Source: Camelus dromedarius
Taxonomy: Eukaryota
Direction: 5' to 3'
DNA length: 64,000 nucleotides
Assembly (NCBI RefSeq): GCF_036321535.1
Contig: NC_087437.1
Coordinates: 55,864,001 to 55,928,000, forward strand
Part shown: positions 52,101 to 64,000 of the stretch, in pieces
Layout: each line of letters starts with the position of its first letter
How positions within the stretch are numbered: the stretch's first letter is position 1
Translations under genes and position numbers: made by a program
The notes under the pieces: generated by a model
Told to the model about the DNA's origin: nothing
The model's input: only the letters and a program-made list of their open reading frames with translations
The model's database searches: none

Positions 52101-53734
52101 TAATGCAGACACTCATTAGAAACAATTCTCTGCAGCCCTGTAGATTTTTTTTAATAAGGAATGTTTGAAAAAAAACAGTGAAAAGTCTTCAGAATCCATG
52201 TAGTCTTCCCCAAAGATTGACTTTCGTATACTCTTGTCTTTAAATAATGAAACTTTACCTAACTGCTGTCCATCATTTACCCCAAGGAGCACTTCAGCTA
52301 TTAAAGAGAAGAAGATGTCACTTTAGAACCAGGATATTGGCTGCTGACAAGCTGTGTGACATGATGCCTTTGATAAAATAGAATAATCTGCCTGGATCAG
52401 TGCACACAGTGATATGGCAACGAAACTGGGTGATAGAGGCTAGAAAATTTTGACAACCGATTCCCACAATTAGAGTATTAGATTAGTTCTCAAACTCTGC
52501 TTCATAACAGAACCCAAGAGATCTTTTAAAATTTCTGATGCCAGAATTTTTTAAAACTTCCCAGGTGATTTCAAAATGAAGCCAAGTTCAAGAACAGTGG
52601 ATTAGCCCCATCTTTGCATGTTGATTTCCTTGAATGATTCAGTCTCATTAGAAATCAATACACACTGATAAATCACTGCTATAAAGTCCATTCGTTGGTT
52701 TCTCTGGGATCAGCTCCACTCTCGACATAAATCAGCAATGTTTTGGGCAAAAGCAGTTGTCAAACAGGCCATTTCCATCTTGTCCTTCAATATAGCTTTA
52801 GGTACAGACTGGCTTGGATTAAGGAAACTGGCAACGAAGTCAGGGGAGTCTCAGGAAAACAGCTGCCATGCTGTGCATTGCCCCAGGGAAGAGATCAACC
52901 CTCCGTTTCTGGGAATGCTGAGTCACAAACCACCTGTCATCAGTCTTACCAACCGCTTAGATCCATTTCCCTCCAGGTGAAACTGAGTCACTTTTCCAGA
53001 CCCATGACAGCAATTGGAGATTGTGGAAAGAAGAGATGTGTTACCAAGGCAGGGATAAGGAAAGCTTATCTCAATTTATTCAATATGCATGCCTCTGGGT
53101 ACAGTTAGTTCAGAAAACCATTAAATTATTCAGGCATCAGTCTAGATAAGGACCTTTACCTCATAAAACATTCATGTAGGTTTAAAGGAAGCACTGGTTT
53201 GTTTCCAATAGAGATCAACTCGTAAACCCCAACCCTACCTTGAAATTAAGAAGAAGCACCATGTAACTGAGCAAGTATGTTGAGCCAAAAGGACCTGGCG
53301 GGAGAATTTATTTATCACTCTCAGTCTTCTGATAGTTTCAAAGACATTTGCATCCATAGCACTGTTCCAAGTTTCTTCATATATCTCTGCACCAGAGCAT
53401 CAATCCTATACTTCACTGCCTTCACTATTCTGGCAGCTTGGAATCATCTCCCGTACCACACTAATGTTGCTACCATTAATCCTCATTGCAACGTCACAAA
53501 ATGGCAGCTTTCTTTTTCATACTATCTTAAAATATAATTCCATGTCAAGAATGTGAAGAGCTGTATATGAGTGTAGCCTAAATTTAGCTAAATAACTGTT
53601 AGTTGTTCACATATTGTTTCCGAGTCTCACTTTCCTTATCTGTAAAATGGAGTAATTCGGATTCAGTAAGTTCTTGGGAGTTCTCAATGTCACATTAAAG
53701 ACACTTTCTAAACTATAAAACTATTATAAATGAA

Positions 53735-53735
<1 letters not shown>

Positions 53736-53780
<45 letters not shown>
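53736..53780. repeat. (TTA)n microsatellite
   Basis: Direct reading. Confidence 0.92.
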
Positions 53781-53782
<2 letters not shown>

Positions 53783-55519
53783 CATTATCCAGAAATGCAA
53801 GATGCTTAAGGAGTTTCTCTCTTCATTTGGAATATCTTCCTCTCATCTTGTGTCCTAAAGAGGTCAGGAGTGTCAGGATTTGAAACAGAATGCCTCCTTG
53901 TGCTTGGACCTCTATGACCCTTTTTGTGTGTGTGTCACGTGAAGTTAGTAAGATGTGGTACCAGAACTTAGGATGTCAGAAGATCTGTGATTTATTCTCC
54001 TTGCTATTAGTAATTTAAGTTCCCTGAATTCCTATTTTCTCACCTGTGAAAATGGGGACTAAAGGATCTCTCTGGAAGGCTTGTTTTGGGGTTTACATGG
54101 GAAAATGAATGCAGAAGTGCTCATACATGTATATTTTAAACTATAGATACTTTAGATTATGGTGCAAGGTAATGAATGGGTCTTAAACATTATGATGCTG
54201 GTTAAGATACTCAGACAAATCTCTGGGATGATCATTTCACCTACTTGGGTATGAGTGATTACACAGAAGTTTTAGGATCCAGATATGGCCTTTGGGTCAT
54301 TCCAAGCTCACCTTCACAGTGATTCACAACCATACCTATCATTGCCAAGGATTCTGGGTTTCTACTTCACCCTTTGCTTCGCAGAAACATTCATCATTTT
54401 CCATCTTCCCTCTTAATCTTTTCTTCCCTGACTTTAATTTTGTTCCCTAAAAGTAATTTTTAACACAAGGTTTTGTCTTTAACCCTTCTTTTTGTCTCCT
54501 TCCACATTTTGTTTATTAGGGAAATTTATCCATTTTCATACTTTTGACTAACATGCATTTATTAGGATTATAATATTTTTCTCCTCTGCATTCTCCCTGA
54601 AAAAACCTAATTCATGTCTCCACCACCTCTTCCCCAGATTGCTGCAGAAGGACATCATCAGATGTCCTCCGTGATGTAACATGATTCCTTGGTTCCAGAG
54701 TCTTTTCATCCTATTCATCCTGCTCAGATGCTGTCAGAGCACTGTTCTTAAAGTTCACCTCTGATAAATGTGTTCCATCCATTTCCTGTTATGTTTTCCT
54801 CTTGCTAATCTCCAAGCCCCTACTCACCATCTTCTCACCTTGAAGTCTTCTCTCTTCTGCTGCAAAATAAATCTTGCCTTTTATCTTAAATAAGACTCAA
54901 TTTAATTGTTTCCCTTCTCCAAGATTCCTTCTAGATTCCTCTTACCTGAAAAGAATCTTAGTCTCATTAAACTCTCAAGGGTTAACCAATTTTAGGCTTT
55001 CTTGACTATATTTTAGCCCTCAAGATCATGCCTGATGTAGCTCTGATTCCCTTTGGCATTTTAGTTGTCCACAGAATGTTAACCAGATGACACTTAATTC
55101 AGTGGAAACTGAGTGAATTTTGATGTAACATGATTCCCAGCACAGAGATTTTCTCGGCATGTTTTATTCTCTTTATCTAATTGCTCTTTATCTACCTCCA
55201 CTGTTTACCCAGAAGCCACATCCTATAACCTGCTGCTCTTTCATGGATTCCATAATATAAGATGATGGTATTGATCATTAGCTTTAATATCTGCATAAGA
55301 CACTCATTCCAGTCAGAAAAATGCAACCCCTTATGTTACAAAAATAACATAGATAATTTTTGGATGGTTGAGGGTAATTTTTATTTTATACATAAAGATT
55401 TCCAAGAAGGAATTTTTAACTTATGATTTATAACTTTTTATTTTTCTTTTACATTTCTTGTTGCATTTGTCAGAGTAAAATTACTACCCTGCACTGTGTT
55501 AGCCTTTTAAAAAAATTAT

Positions 55520-58030
55520 TAGATTTTATTTTTTTTTTTTAGTAGTTGTAAGTTTACAGAAACATTGAGTGGAAAATACAGAATCCTCATGTGCCCCCTC
55601 ACTTCCCACCCCTGGGTGTCCTCGATTATTAGCATCTTACTTTAGTGTGGTGCATTTATTAGAATTGATGTACCTACACTGCATTATTATTAACTAAATA
55701 GTTACATTAGAGTTCACATTATAGTCCACTCTTTGTGTTGTATATTCTGTGGGATTTGACAGGTTATAATGACATGTATCCACCATTAAGGTATCAAACA
55801 GAATAGTTTCACTGTTCTAAAACACCCCTGTGCTCCATCTATTCATCCCTCCACTGCCCCAACAAGCTCTTAGTAACCCCTGACCTTCTAATGTCTGTAT
55901 ACTTTTGCCTTTTCCAGAATGTCATATAACTAGAATCATACAATATGCAGCCTTTTCATATTGGCTTCTTCCACCTTGGCAAGTGCGCTTAAGATCCTAC
56001 CACATCTTTTCATGGCTTGCTAGCTCATTTCCTTTTAGCGCTGAGTAATATTCCATTGTCTGGATATATCAGTTTATTGATTCATTCACTTACTGAAAGA
56101 CATCTTGGCTGCTTCCAAGTCTTGGCAATTATAAGCAAAACTACTATAAACATTTGTGTGCAAATGTTTGTGTGAATATAAGTTTTCCAGTTATTTGAGT
56201 AAATGCCAAAGAGTGTGACTGCCAGACCATATGGTAAACTAAATATTTAGTTTTGTAAGACTGCCAAACTATTCCAAAGTGGCTGTATCATTTTCCATTC
56301 CCAACAGTAATGAATGAGAGTTCCTGTTGCTCCATAACCTTGTCAGCATTAACGTTGTCAGTGTTTCACATTTTAGCCATTCTAGTAAGTGTGTAGTGGT
56401 TTCTCATCATTGTTTTAATTTATAATTCCTTAATGACATATGATGTTTAGAATCTTGTCCTCTGAGTATGTGCCATCTGTGAGGTGACTGTTCATATGTT
56501 TTGCCCATTATTTAATTGAGTTGTCTATGTTCCTACTGTTTCATTTGAATAAATCTTTGTATATTTTGAATATCAGACATTTTTTAGATATGTCTTTTGC
56601 AAATATTTTCTCCAAGTGTGTGGCTTGTCAATTTATTTTCTGAACAGTGTGTTCTGCAGAGCAGTTTTTTAATTTTAATGAAATCTAGCTTATCAACTTT
56701 TTCTTTCATGAATGTGCTTTTTTGTGTGTGTTTGTCTAAAAAGTAATTGCCAAAACCAAGGCAACTGAGGCTTTCTTCTGTGTTATCTTCTAGGAGTTTT
56801 ATAGTTTTCGTGTGTTATATGTATAAAATAAAATACGTTATTTTCCAGGAGTTTTCATTTCACATTGAGGTCTATGATCTCTGCTGAATTAGTTTTTGTG
56901 AGAGATGTGAGGTCTGTGTTAGATTATTTTTTTTAATATGTGATTGTACAATTACTCTTGCACCATTTGTTGGAAAGACTGTCGTTCACATTGTAGTGCC
57001 TTTTCTCCTTTCTCAAAGATGTACTGACTCTATTTGTGTGGGTCCATTTCTGGGCTCTTTATTCTGTTACACTAATCTACTTGTCCATCCTTTTGCCAAT
57101 ACCACACTGTCTTGATTACTGTAGCTTTAGAGTAAGTCTTGAAGTTAGGTTGTATGTCCTCTCCAACTTTGTCTTAAATATTGTGTTGGTTACTCTGGGT
57201 CTTTTGCCTTTCCATGTAAACTTTAGAATCATCTTGTCAGTATCCACAAAATAACTTGTTGGGATTTTGGTTGGAATTGCACTGAATCTATAGATCAATT
57301 TGGAAAGAAGTGGCATGTTGACAATATTTAGTCTTCCTGTTCACGTACATGGAATATCTCTTCATTTCTGTATTTTTTCAAATTCTTTTCATCAGAGTTT
57401 GGTAGTTTTATATTATTTTTGCTGCTAATGTGAATGGTATTGTGTTTTTTGCATTTCCAATTGTTCATTGCTTTTATAGATAGGTTTTTTGGTTTGTTTT
57501 TTGTTTTTTTTTTTTGACTCTTAGGGGTTTTCTGCATAGATAATCATGTCATCATGAAAAAATAATAGTTTATTTCTTCCTTCCCAATCTGTATAACTCT
57601 TATTTCCTTTTCTTGTTTTAGTGCATTAGCTAGAATTTACACTACAATGTTGAATAGGAATTGAATCTTGTCCTATTCCTGATCTTAGTAGAAAGTATCT
57701 AGTTTTTCATCATCAAGTATAATGTTAATGCCAGGTTTCTTATAAATGTTCTTTATCAAGTTGAGGAAGTTCCCTTCCATCCCTAGTTTGCTGATAGTTT
57801 TTATCATGGATGAATATTGGATTTTGTCAATTTTTTATGTCTATTGATATAATCATATAGTTTTCCTTCTTTAGCCTGTTGATATGATGGATTATATGAA
57901 TTACTATTTTGAATGTTGAACCAGCCTTGCATACCTGGAACACATCCCACTCGATCAAGGTGTATACTTTCCATTATACATGGTTAGATTTGATTTGCTA
58001 ATATTTTCTTGATTTTTGCACCTTTTTTCA
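55520..58030 (-). mobile_element. LINE-1 (L1MC1-like), 3' ~2.5 kb
   Basis: ORF 57116-57316(-) LSKLIYRFSAIPTKIP...ILKFTWKGKRPR is the L1 ORF2p signature; the 3'UTR resembles that of the 26277 element. Confidence 0.88.
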
Positions 58031-59469
58031 TGAATGATAACAACCATTTGATACATGAATTTGAAAAAGCAGTTGTAACCATAGCATGAAATTACTTCAA
58101 GTGATTTGCAGCTCATTGTGGATATATTTATCCACTAGCCTGTGAACAACCCAGGAACACTAATTTTCACATTTGTTTTTGTATTATCCTAGAACACAGC
58201 TAAGTATGTGGCATACAGTAAAACACTGACAAATGTTCATTCATTAAACTGATCAACTGAATGATTAATAATGTTAAAATTAAGTAAGCACATTTAGACC
58301 CTTCTCTTTGCCTGGAATTGGGTGAGTGGGGACACAAAAGTGAATTAATCTGGACTCTGTCCTTATATGAGTCACAGTAACTTAGAATTGTTGTAAGCAT
58401 GATAGCTACTCCAAATTCAGAGCACCATTCAATGTAAAAAATGGGCCAAACAATAAAATTCTGTGTTTGAAAATTAATTCTCTATAGTAAAGCAAAGTTT
58501 CCAGTAGATTTTCTGGGTATTGAAATAGCACAAATTATAAGTAAAACATTTATCTACTGTGCAAACAATAGGGTTAAAAAATATAGTTTGTAGGGACAGT
58601 GGATGTGGGATTTTCCTTATTTCCTTATTCCTTTAATCACTCAATTTAATTTAATTCTTTCCTTCCCAGTCACTCCCCTTCACCACTACCACTTATCTGG
58701 ACTCCAGAGTAAACAGTGAAATGGATACTTAGAGCATGAGTAAAGCACTGGTACAAGTGTTTGCAGTAACAAAGGTAGGACACATGTCTCTTATTGGCTT
58801 TTCTATTCAAGGGCAACACAGAACTTTGTCATAGGAATCTGAAGAATAGAGGCAGAAAGAAAGTATTTAAGAAAGAAAAGAATATTTGGTGGAGTTAGTT
58901 GTCTCTAAAGATATTCCTTCATTCATGATGTGATTTACTGAACAAATGTTTACCAAGTTCTTATTATGCGGTGGGCCCTATGCTAAGTACATCAGAGATG
59001 AATACACTGTGGTCTCCAGGCCTTCAAGGAACACTCAGTCAATGGAGAAAGATAAGGTATAAGGTATGCACATAGATAAGTCTAGCACTGTCTAGCTTAA
59101 TGTAGGTGCTCTTTCAATAATTATTTGTTGAGCATCCATCACTTGCCAGACACCATTCTCTGTACTTGGGGTACAGCCCTGAACCAAACAGACAAAAGTC
59201 CCTGCCTCCAAGTTACTTGTATTATAACAGGAGAAGAATTTAATGGTATTGAAAGAGAGAAGCTCCAAGAACCCTAATGAGAAATCCAGGTGAAAAGTTA
59301 CTAGCATCCTATGGAATGAGAGAGTGGTTCCATCAGATTGGAGAGAGCCAGGGAAAGGGAGCATAAATTATAGTCTCATTTTGTTTCGTTTTCTTTTCTT
59401 TTTTGGAGACTCAAAAAAATGCAGTTCAAGCAGAAAAGAGCAGGTGAGTCACAGTCTCCAGTGAGCCAG

Positions 59470-59471
59470 GT

Positions 59472-59515
<44 letters not shown>
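59470..59515. repeat. (TG)n microsatellite
   Basis: Direct reading. Confidence 0.92.
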
Positions 59516-59518
<3 letters not shown>

Positions 59519-62500
59519 GGCTACTCAAGCACTTTGTTGTGCTGGGCGAGTAGAACATGTGGCTGGGATATTAAGACACACAGTTGGAGAATTAGATGAG
59601 AGTCTAGGAACTTTAAGTGCATGGCTGTGTAGCTCAGATTTTGTCTTCAAGGCAGAAGAAAACTATTGATTTTAAAATTGAAAGATGTTGTTCTCAAAGT
59701 GGTGTTTTCAGAAAGATGGATGTGGTAGATTCACTGAGGACTAGAGAAAGGAGTTGGAAGTAAAGGCATCTCTATGTTAGTTTAAAACAGTGAATAAATG
59801 TGCATGTGGACCAGTTCTAGTCTAAGACAGAAGCTGAAGTTTGTCTCTGTGAACTAGGCATCAAGTGTGTGATCTTGGAGAAGATCACCAAGATATTGGA
59901 GCAGAATATTCTAGAAAGGCATAGATGCTCTCTCAATGTCTACCCTGAGATTTACAAAGTTTCTGTGAAGATTCTGTTTTATCTATGAAAAAATATAATA
60001 GACATTTAGGAGTATGATTTTAACATTCCCATCATCTGCTGAGTCATGGGTGACCATGCTTAGAACAGGGTGTTAATATGATGACTGTACCTCCTTCCCC
60101 AAGGAAGGGCATTCTGGTCTTCCAAGCATCTAGTGCCTTTTTGTCTCAGCAGTGTTCCTGCATCTTATTTCTTATCACTTTAAGCTGAAAAAATAAGAAA
60201 GAAGCAGGAGGAGTGAGCAGAAGACATCACAGCTTTACTCACAGTGGTTATCAATTCAAAGGAGAGGGAGAGAAGTGAGGAACATCAATGGAATGGAGAC
60301 AATACAGACAAGGCAATGACATGCACATAACTGTCTCCAGAGATGCCAAACAGGAAAGTTTACATTTCCTTACACATGCAAGGCCAGGGCAAGTTGGGAA
60401 ATAAGAAAAATAAAAACAAAAGATAAAACACAAGGAGTGACAGCATTTAAAACTATATACACACAGATGGCTGTTGGGTAGTTCCCAGCCATTCTAGTGC
60501 AAAACTATAGCACATAATTAAGCTGGTGAGTGGAGTGGAGGACTCAACCAGAGCCAGCCTCACCTGGGCCTCTGGCTGCTTCTTAGAGCATCCTTGTCAT
60601 TCTTCAAGACTCAACTCAGATTTAACTCCTTTGTGAAGCTTTCGCTTCCCCACTTAGCCTAAAGCTGCTCTGGACTTTGTAATTCCATAGTATCTCGTAT
60701 ATATTTCATGTATAAAAATTATAAGCATCTAATATTTTCTAATCTATCCTTCCCTCTAACTAGACCTGAGGGCAAGGGCTGTCTGATTCATCTTTGTTTT
60801 CCCCATAGCAGATGACACAGCCCTTGACCCAGGAGCAGACAATACACCATAAGAAAATAAACAAATGGGCAAATGAGTTGGTTTTGGCCTCTTCCCTTCT
60901 CCCCCTGACACTGCAGGTGTAACTAGTACTTTTCTGAGTACTTTAGGGACCTGTCACTCCCATGCACTAGCCTCATGGCTGGCCCTGTGGGAATTTGCCT
61001 GGCCTTTGCCATATAGGTCATCTCTTTTTTTGGCTGGAGAGTGATCAGACTGGGTGTTGGAAGTCAGCTCCACCACTGAGTCATGGTGCCGCTGGGCACT
61101 GTGGTTCCACTCCGTGTGAAAGGTTTCTCTGCAGCATTCTTGCAAGATGAGTTTTCTAATTACCGTGCCCTTATAAGGTGCCAGAGGGGATGGTTGGTCA
61201 GCATTGGGGCGCATGGATGGGGAAATACTGGCCAAGAGATTGCTTTAGGCTTTTGGGTGGTTGAAGCCTTCCAGTTAACATTTGGTGAGAACATAATGAC
61301 TCAGTGGTCTCTTCCCCATCCCAGACTTCCTCACCCATCATCTCTCTTCATTTTGCTGGGCCTGGACCGCAAATGTATGAAATAGTGATATGATTTTAGA
61401 ACTGAGCATCTAACTACATTCAACACTGAAGCCAGAAAGGGCAGGCTTGAGTAACTTTGTCTCTAAATGGCTACAGGAGGAAACAATGCCTCACTGAGTA
61501 CCCTTTGAATGTAGGGCCTTAGTTTGAGGCTATGCCTCAGGAGAAAGGTGCTGCAAGACCTAGGAACTTACAGACTATGGAGAGACTGAGAATAACTGAA
61601 CAGCAGGGACACAAATGTATTATGCCTTGTGACTGCACGAAAGACTGGGATACTGCTGCATACAGCCTTATGAAATGTGTAATTTTAAAAAATATGTCTC
61701 TTGAAGATAAAATTAATAAATTGTTCTGTATTTAAAAATGGGAAAATATAAGAGAAAAAAACATATGTTTACTTATAATCCTACTGTTAGTTTTTGGTAT
61801 TTCTCTTTTATTTTTAAGGATTTTTAGCATGGTTCCTTATATCATAAGAAAGGTATAATTATGATCGTCATTTGACAAATGAGGAACTAAGATTGCAAAG
61901 TGGCTGGAAGACTAGATTAGGAAGGGAAAGATTCAGTTGTCTGATCATTTACTATGCAATCTTGGCTACATCTTAAAATTTCTCCTAATCCTTAATTTCC
62001 ACGCCCCTCAGAGAAAGGGAACTCAGAGCCAATGTCCCTACAAACTGAAAGACCTGAGAGGAAAGTTGATCCTTAAATTCTAAGCATCAGAGTGATGACA
62101 AGTTCATGTACATATAATAGGCAAAGACATGAGTTAAATTAACCCTTAACTTCAGACATCCTGCCATGATTCTTATGAATTAAGTGACTGTCTTAGCAAT
62201 TAATTATTTATCTTATCCATATCCTTTTCATTTTGTCCAAATTTTCAGGTTCCTGAAGTCTAAGAAGGGAAGGGGATAAACCAGCCCAAAAGATAATGAG
62301 ATGAGTAGGGGATCAGCTGTCATTTCAATGCAGGAAATCACCAGGGAGCGAACCATAGCATCAGCCAGCCCTACACTAGTAATTAGCTGTGGCCTAAAAA
62401 GCAGGTTTCTGCATTCAAAATGATCTCACGTCTTATGAGTCAAACATAAGTATTCTGTGCGGCTCACACTCTCTCCTGCGATGCCCAGACATCATAACAA

Positions 62501-64000
62501 GGGAACTCCACCTGAGATAGACACAGATTGAAGCAGATGGGGAACTGCCCTCCCTGGGTCACAGGAATGGCACCCGCCCTCAGTACATACATCGCCAGAC
62601 TGGGAACACTGCTGGGCCAGGAAAAGAAAAGGATTCCGGGTTTTCATTTTCACATTGCTGGTCCGTAATCTCTTGAATATTTTTTTTTTTACCATGTCTT
62701 TATTTTGATTAGATGTTGCCTTCTATTTAAGAGGAAACTTTGAGTCTGGGGGCCAAAGGACCAGGACAGGATGTGGAAGAAAAAGGCCAGCGCTGGCAGC
62801 ATTGGTTTGGTCCTGGGCTCTGGGCTCTGGGCTCTGGGAGAGAGAGGATCCTTCCATCCACTACTTGCTGTAACACCAAGTGTCAGGTGGAAAACAACAT
62901 GGTCTCAGGGCAGAGGTCCCATTCAGGAATGAACACCAGGCATTGGCTAGAACGTTCCTCGTGTTGTATCACATGGTGGATTGGCAGCAAAAGGCAGAGA
63001 ACATCTCAGGTATATAATTTACAGAAATACCCGAACACGGTTGCTTAAATTAAACTCCAGTGAGTAATGGTGACGACAACGGGGGTGTGGTAATTCCTGC
63101 TGTGGAGTGTGTTCTGTGTGCCACGTGACATGATCCCTCTACAGCCTTGTAAGTTAGGTATTAGTTATTCCACTGCACAGATGAGGAAGATAATGTTCAT
63201 CCAGAAAGTAAACAACTCTTTTAAGATCCCCCAGCTAGTTAATAACTGGGCCAGAGGGTGGGATTTTCACAGCCGGTGAACTTCACTGCTTGCTAGCCCC
63301 GGTCTTGTGGGAGAGCCTTGGGTTTGGTCAATTATCACTGCTGCAGCCCCTCAGCAGAGAAAGTAGGAAGCCGAGGCTGGGTTCTCTGGAAACTTCTGCA
63401 CCTAAAGCGTTAGGGCTACTGATCTCAAAAGCCCTCAGCGGTGGATCCAGCTTCTTGGGTGGTAGGGCCTGATGGAGTCTTGCAGCCAAGACTGCGGCCT
63501 GGAGGGGAGGGTCAGCCCTCGTGAATTTCACAGTATTTCCTAAGGTAAGAAAAGAATGATTTCCTGAAGGAAGGAAGACAGAGGGGTAGGACGTGAGGAT
63601 GATGGGGAGAAAGGCTTCAGTGGGGCCTGGGACGGCTGTTGGAGGCCCGGAGCTATTTCCTGTCTCTGTCAGAGCAGATCACACCCTCACATCTCCCCTC
63701 AGCCCCAAGCAAGTACTGTTTTTTTAAATTTAGGAAAGAGATTATCTTTAGACAAGTGGCACCGATATCCTGCCACCCTGATGAAAAGCCCGGGAAGCCA
63801 ACGCCTCTCAGGGAAATGGCCCCGATCTCCACTTTGAAGCTGACGCTAAGCCTGTTTGCTTTGGGAGCTCCAGTAAGATCTGCGCTCGCTGCCCGCAGGC
63901 TGGCCCAGTGAGGCTGCTCCCGCAGGGAACAGGGCCAGCTTCCCAGGTGAGCGACCACGACAGTTAGTTACATCAAGCCACCTAGCAGCAGCGCCCACCT

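Noticed and set aside
25310..64000. Exons of the downstream neighbour P3H2 (LEPREL1) or another gene
   Set aside because: I recognised no prolyl-hydroxylase-like peptide or convincing exon chain on either strand; the gene probably lies beyond the window.

Overview
This is mammalian genomic DNA, most likely from a camelid: it carries three tRNA-Ala-derived Vic-1-type SINEs and cetartiodactyl-type L1 3' ends. Bases 1 to ~25,300 hold the 3' half of TP63 on the + strand: the end of exon 9, exon 10, the alternative terminal gamma exon with its own 3'UTR and poly(A) signal, exons 11-14 and the ~3 kb alpha/beta 3'UTR. All splice sites are GT-AG and in phase, and the alpha, beta, gamma, delta and epsilon C-termini can all be read from the sequence. 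The remaining ~38 kb is intergenic and repeat-rich (L1MC-type LINEs, L2, MIR, MER33, MER5, MLT1, a solo ERV1 LTR, a piggyBac/Looper fossil, microsatellites), with several dense transcription-factor motif clusters. I found no further protein-coding gene and no evidence for a wholly new biological system. The best leads are a ~160 bp tandem duplication in the TP63 3'UTR that adds poly(A) signals next to a miR-203 site, an AG|GTGAG re-splicing configuration at exon 10, candidate epithelial enhancers downstream of TP63, and small dispersed local duplications. Repeat family names and human comparisons come from recalled consensus sequences, not from database searches.
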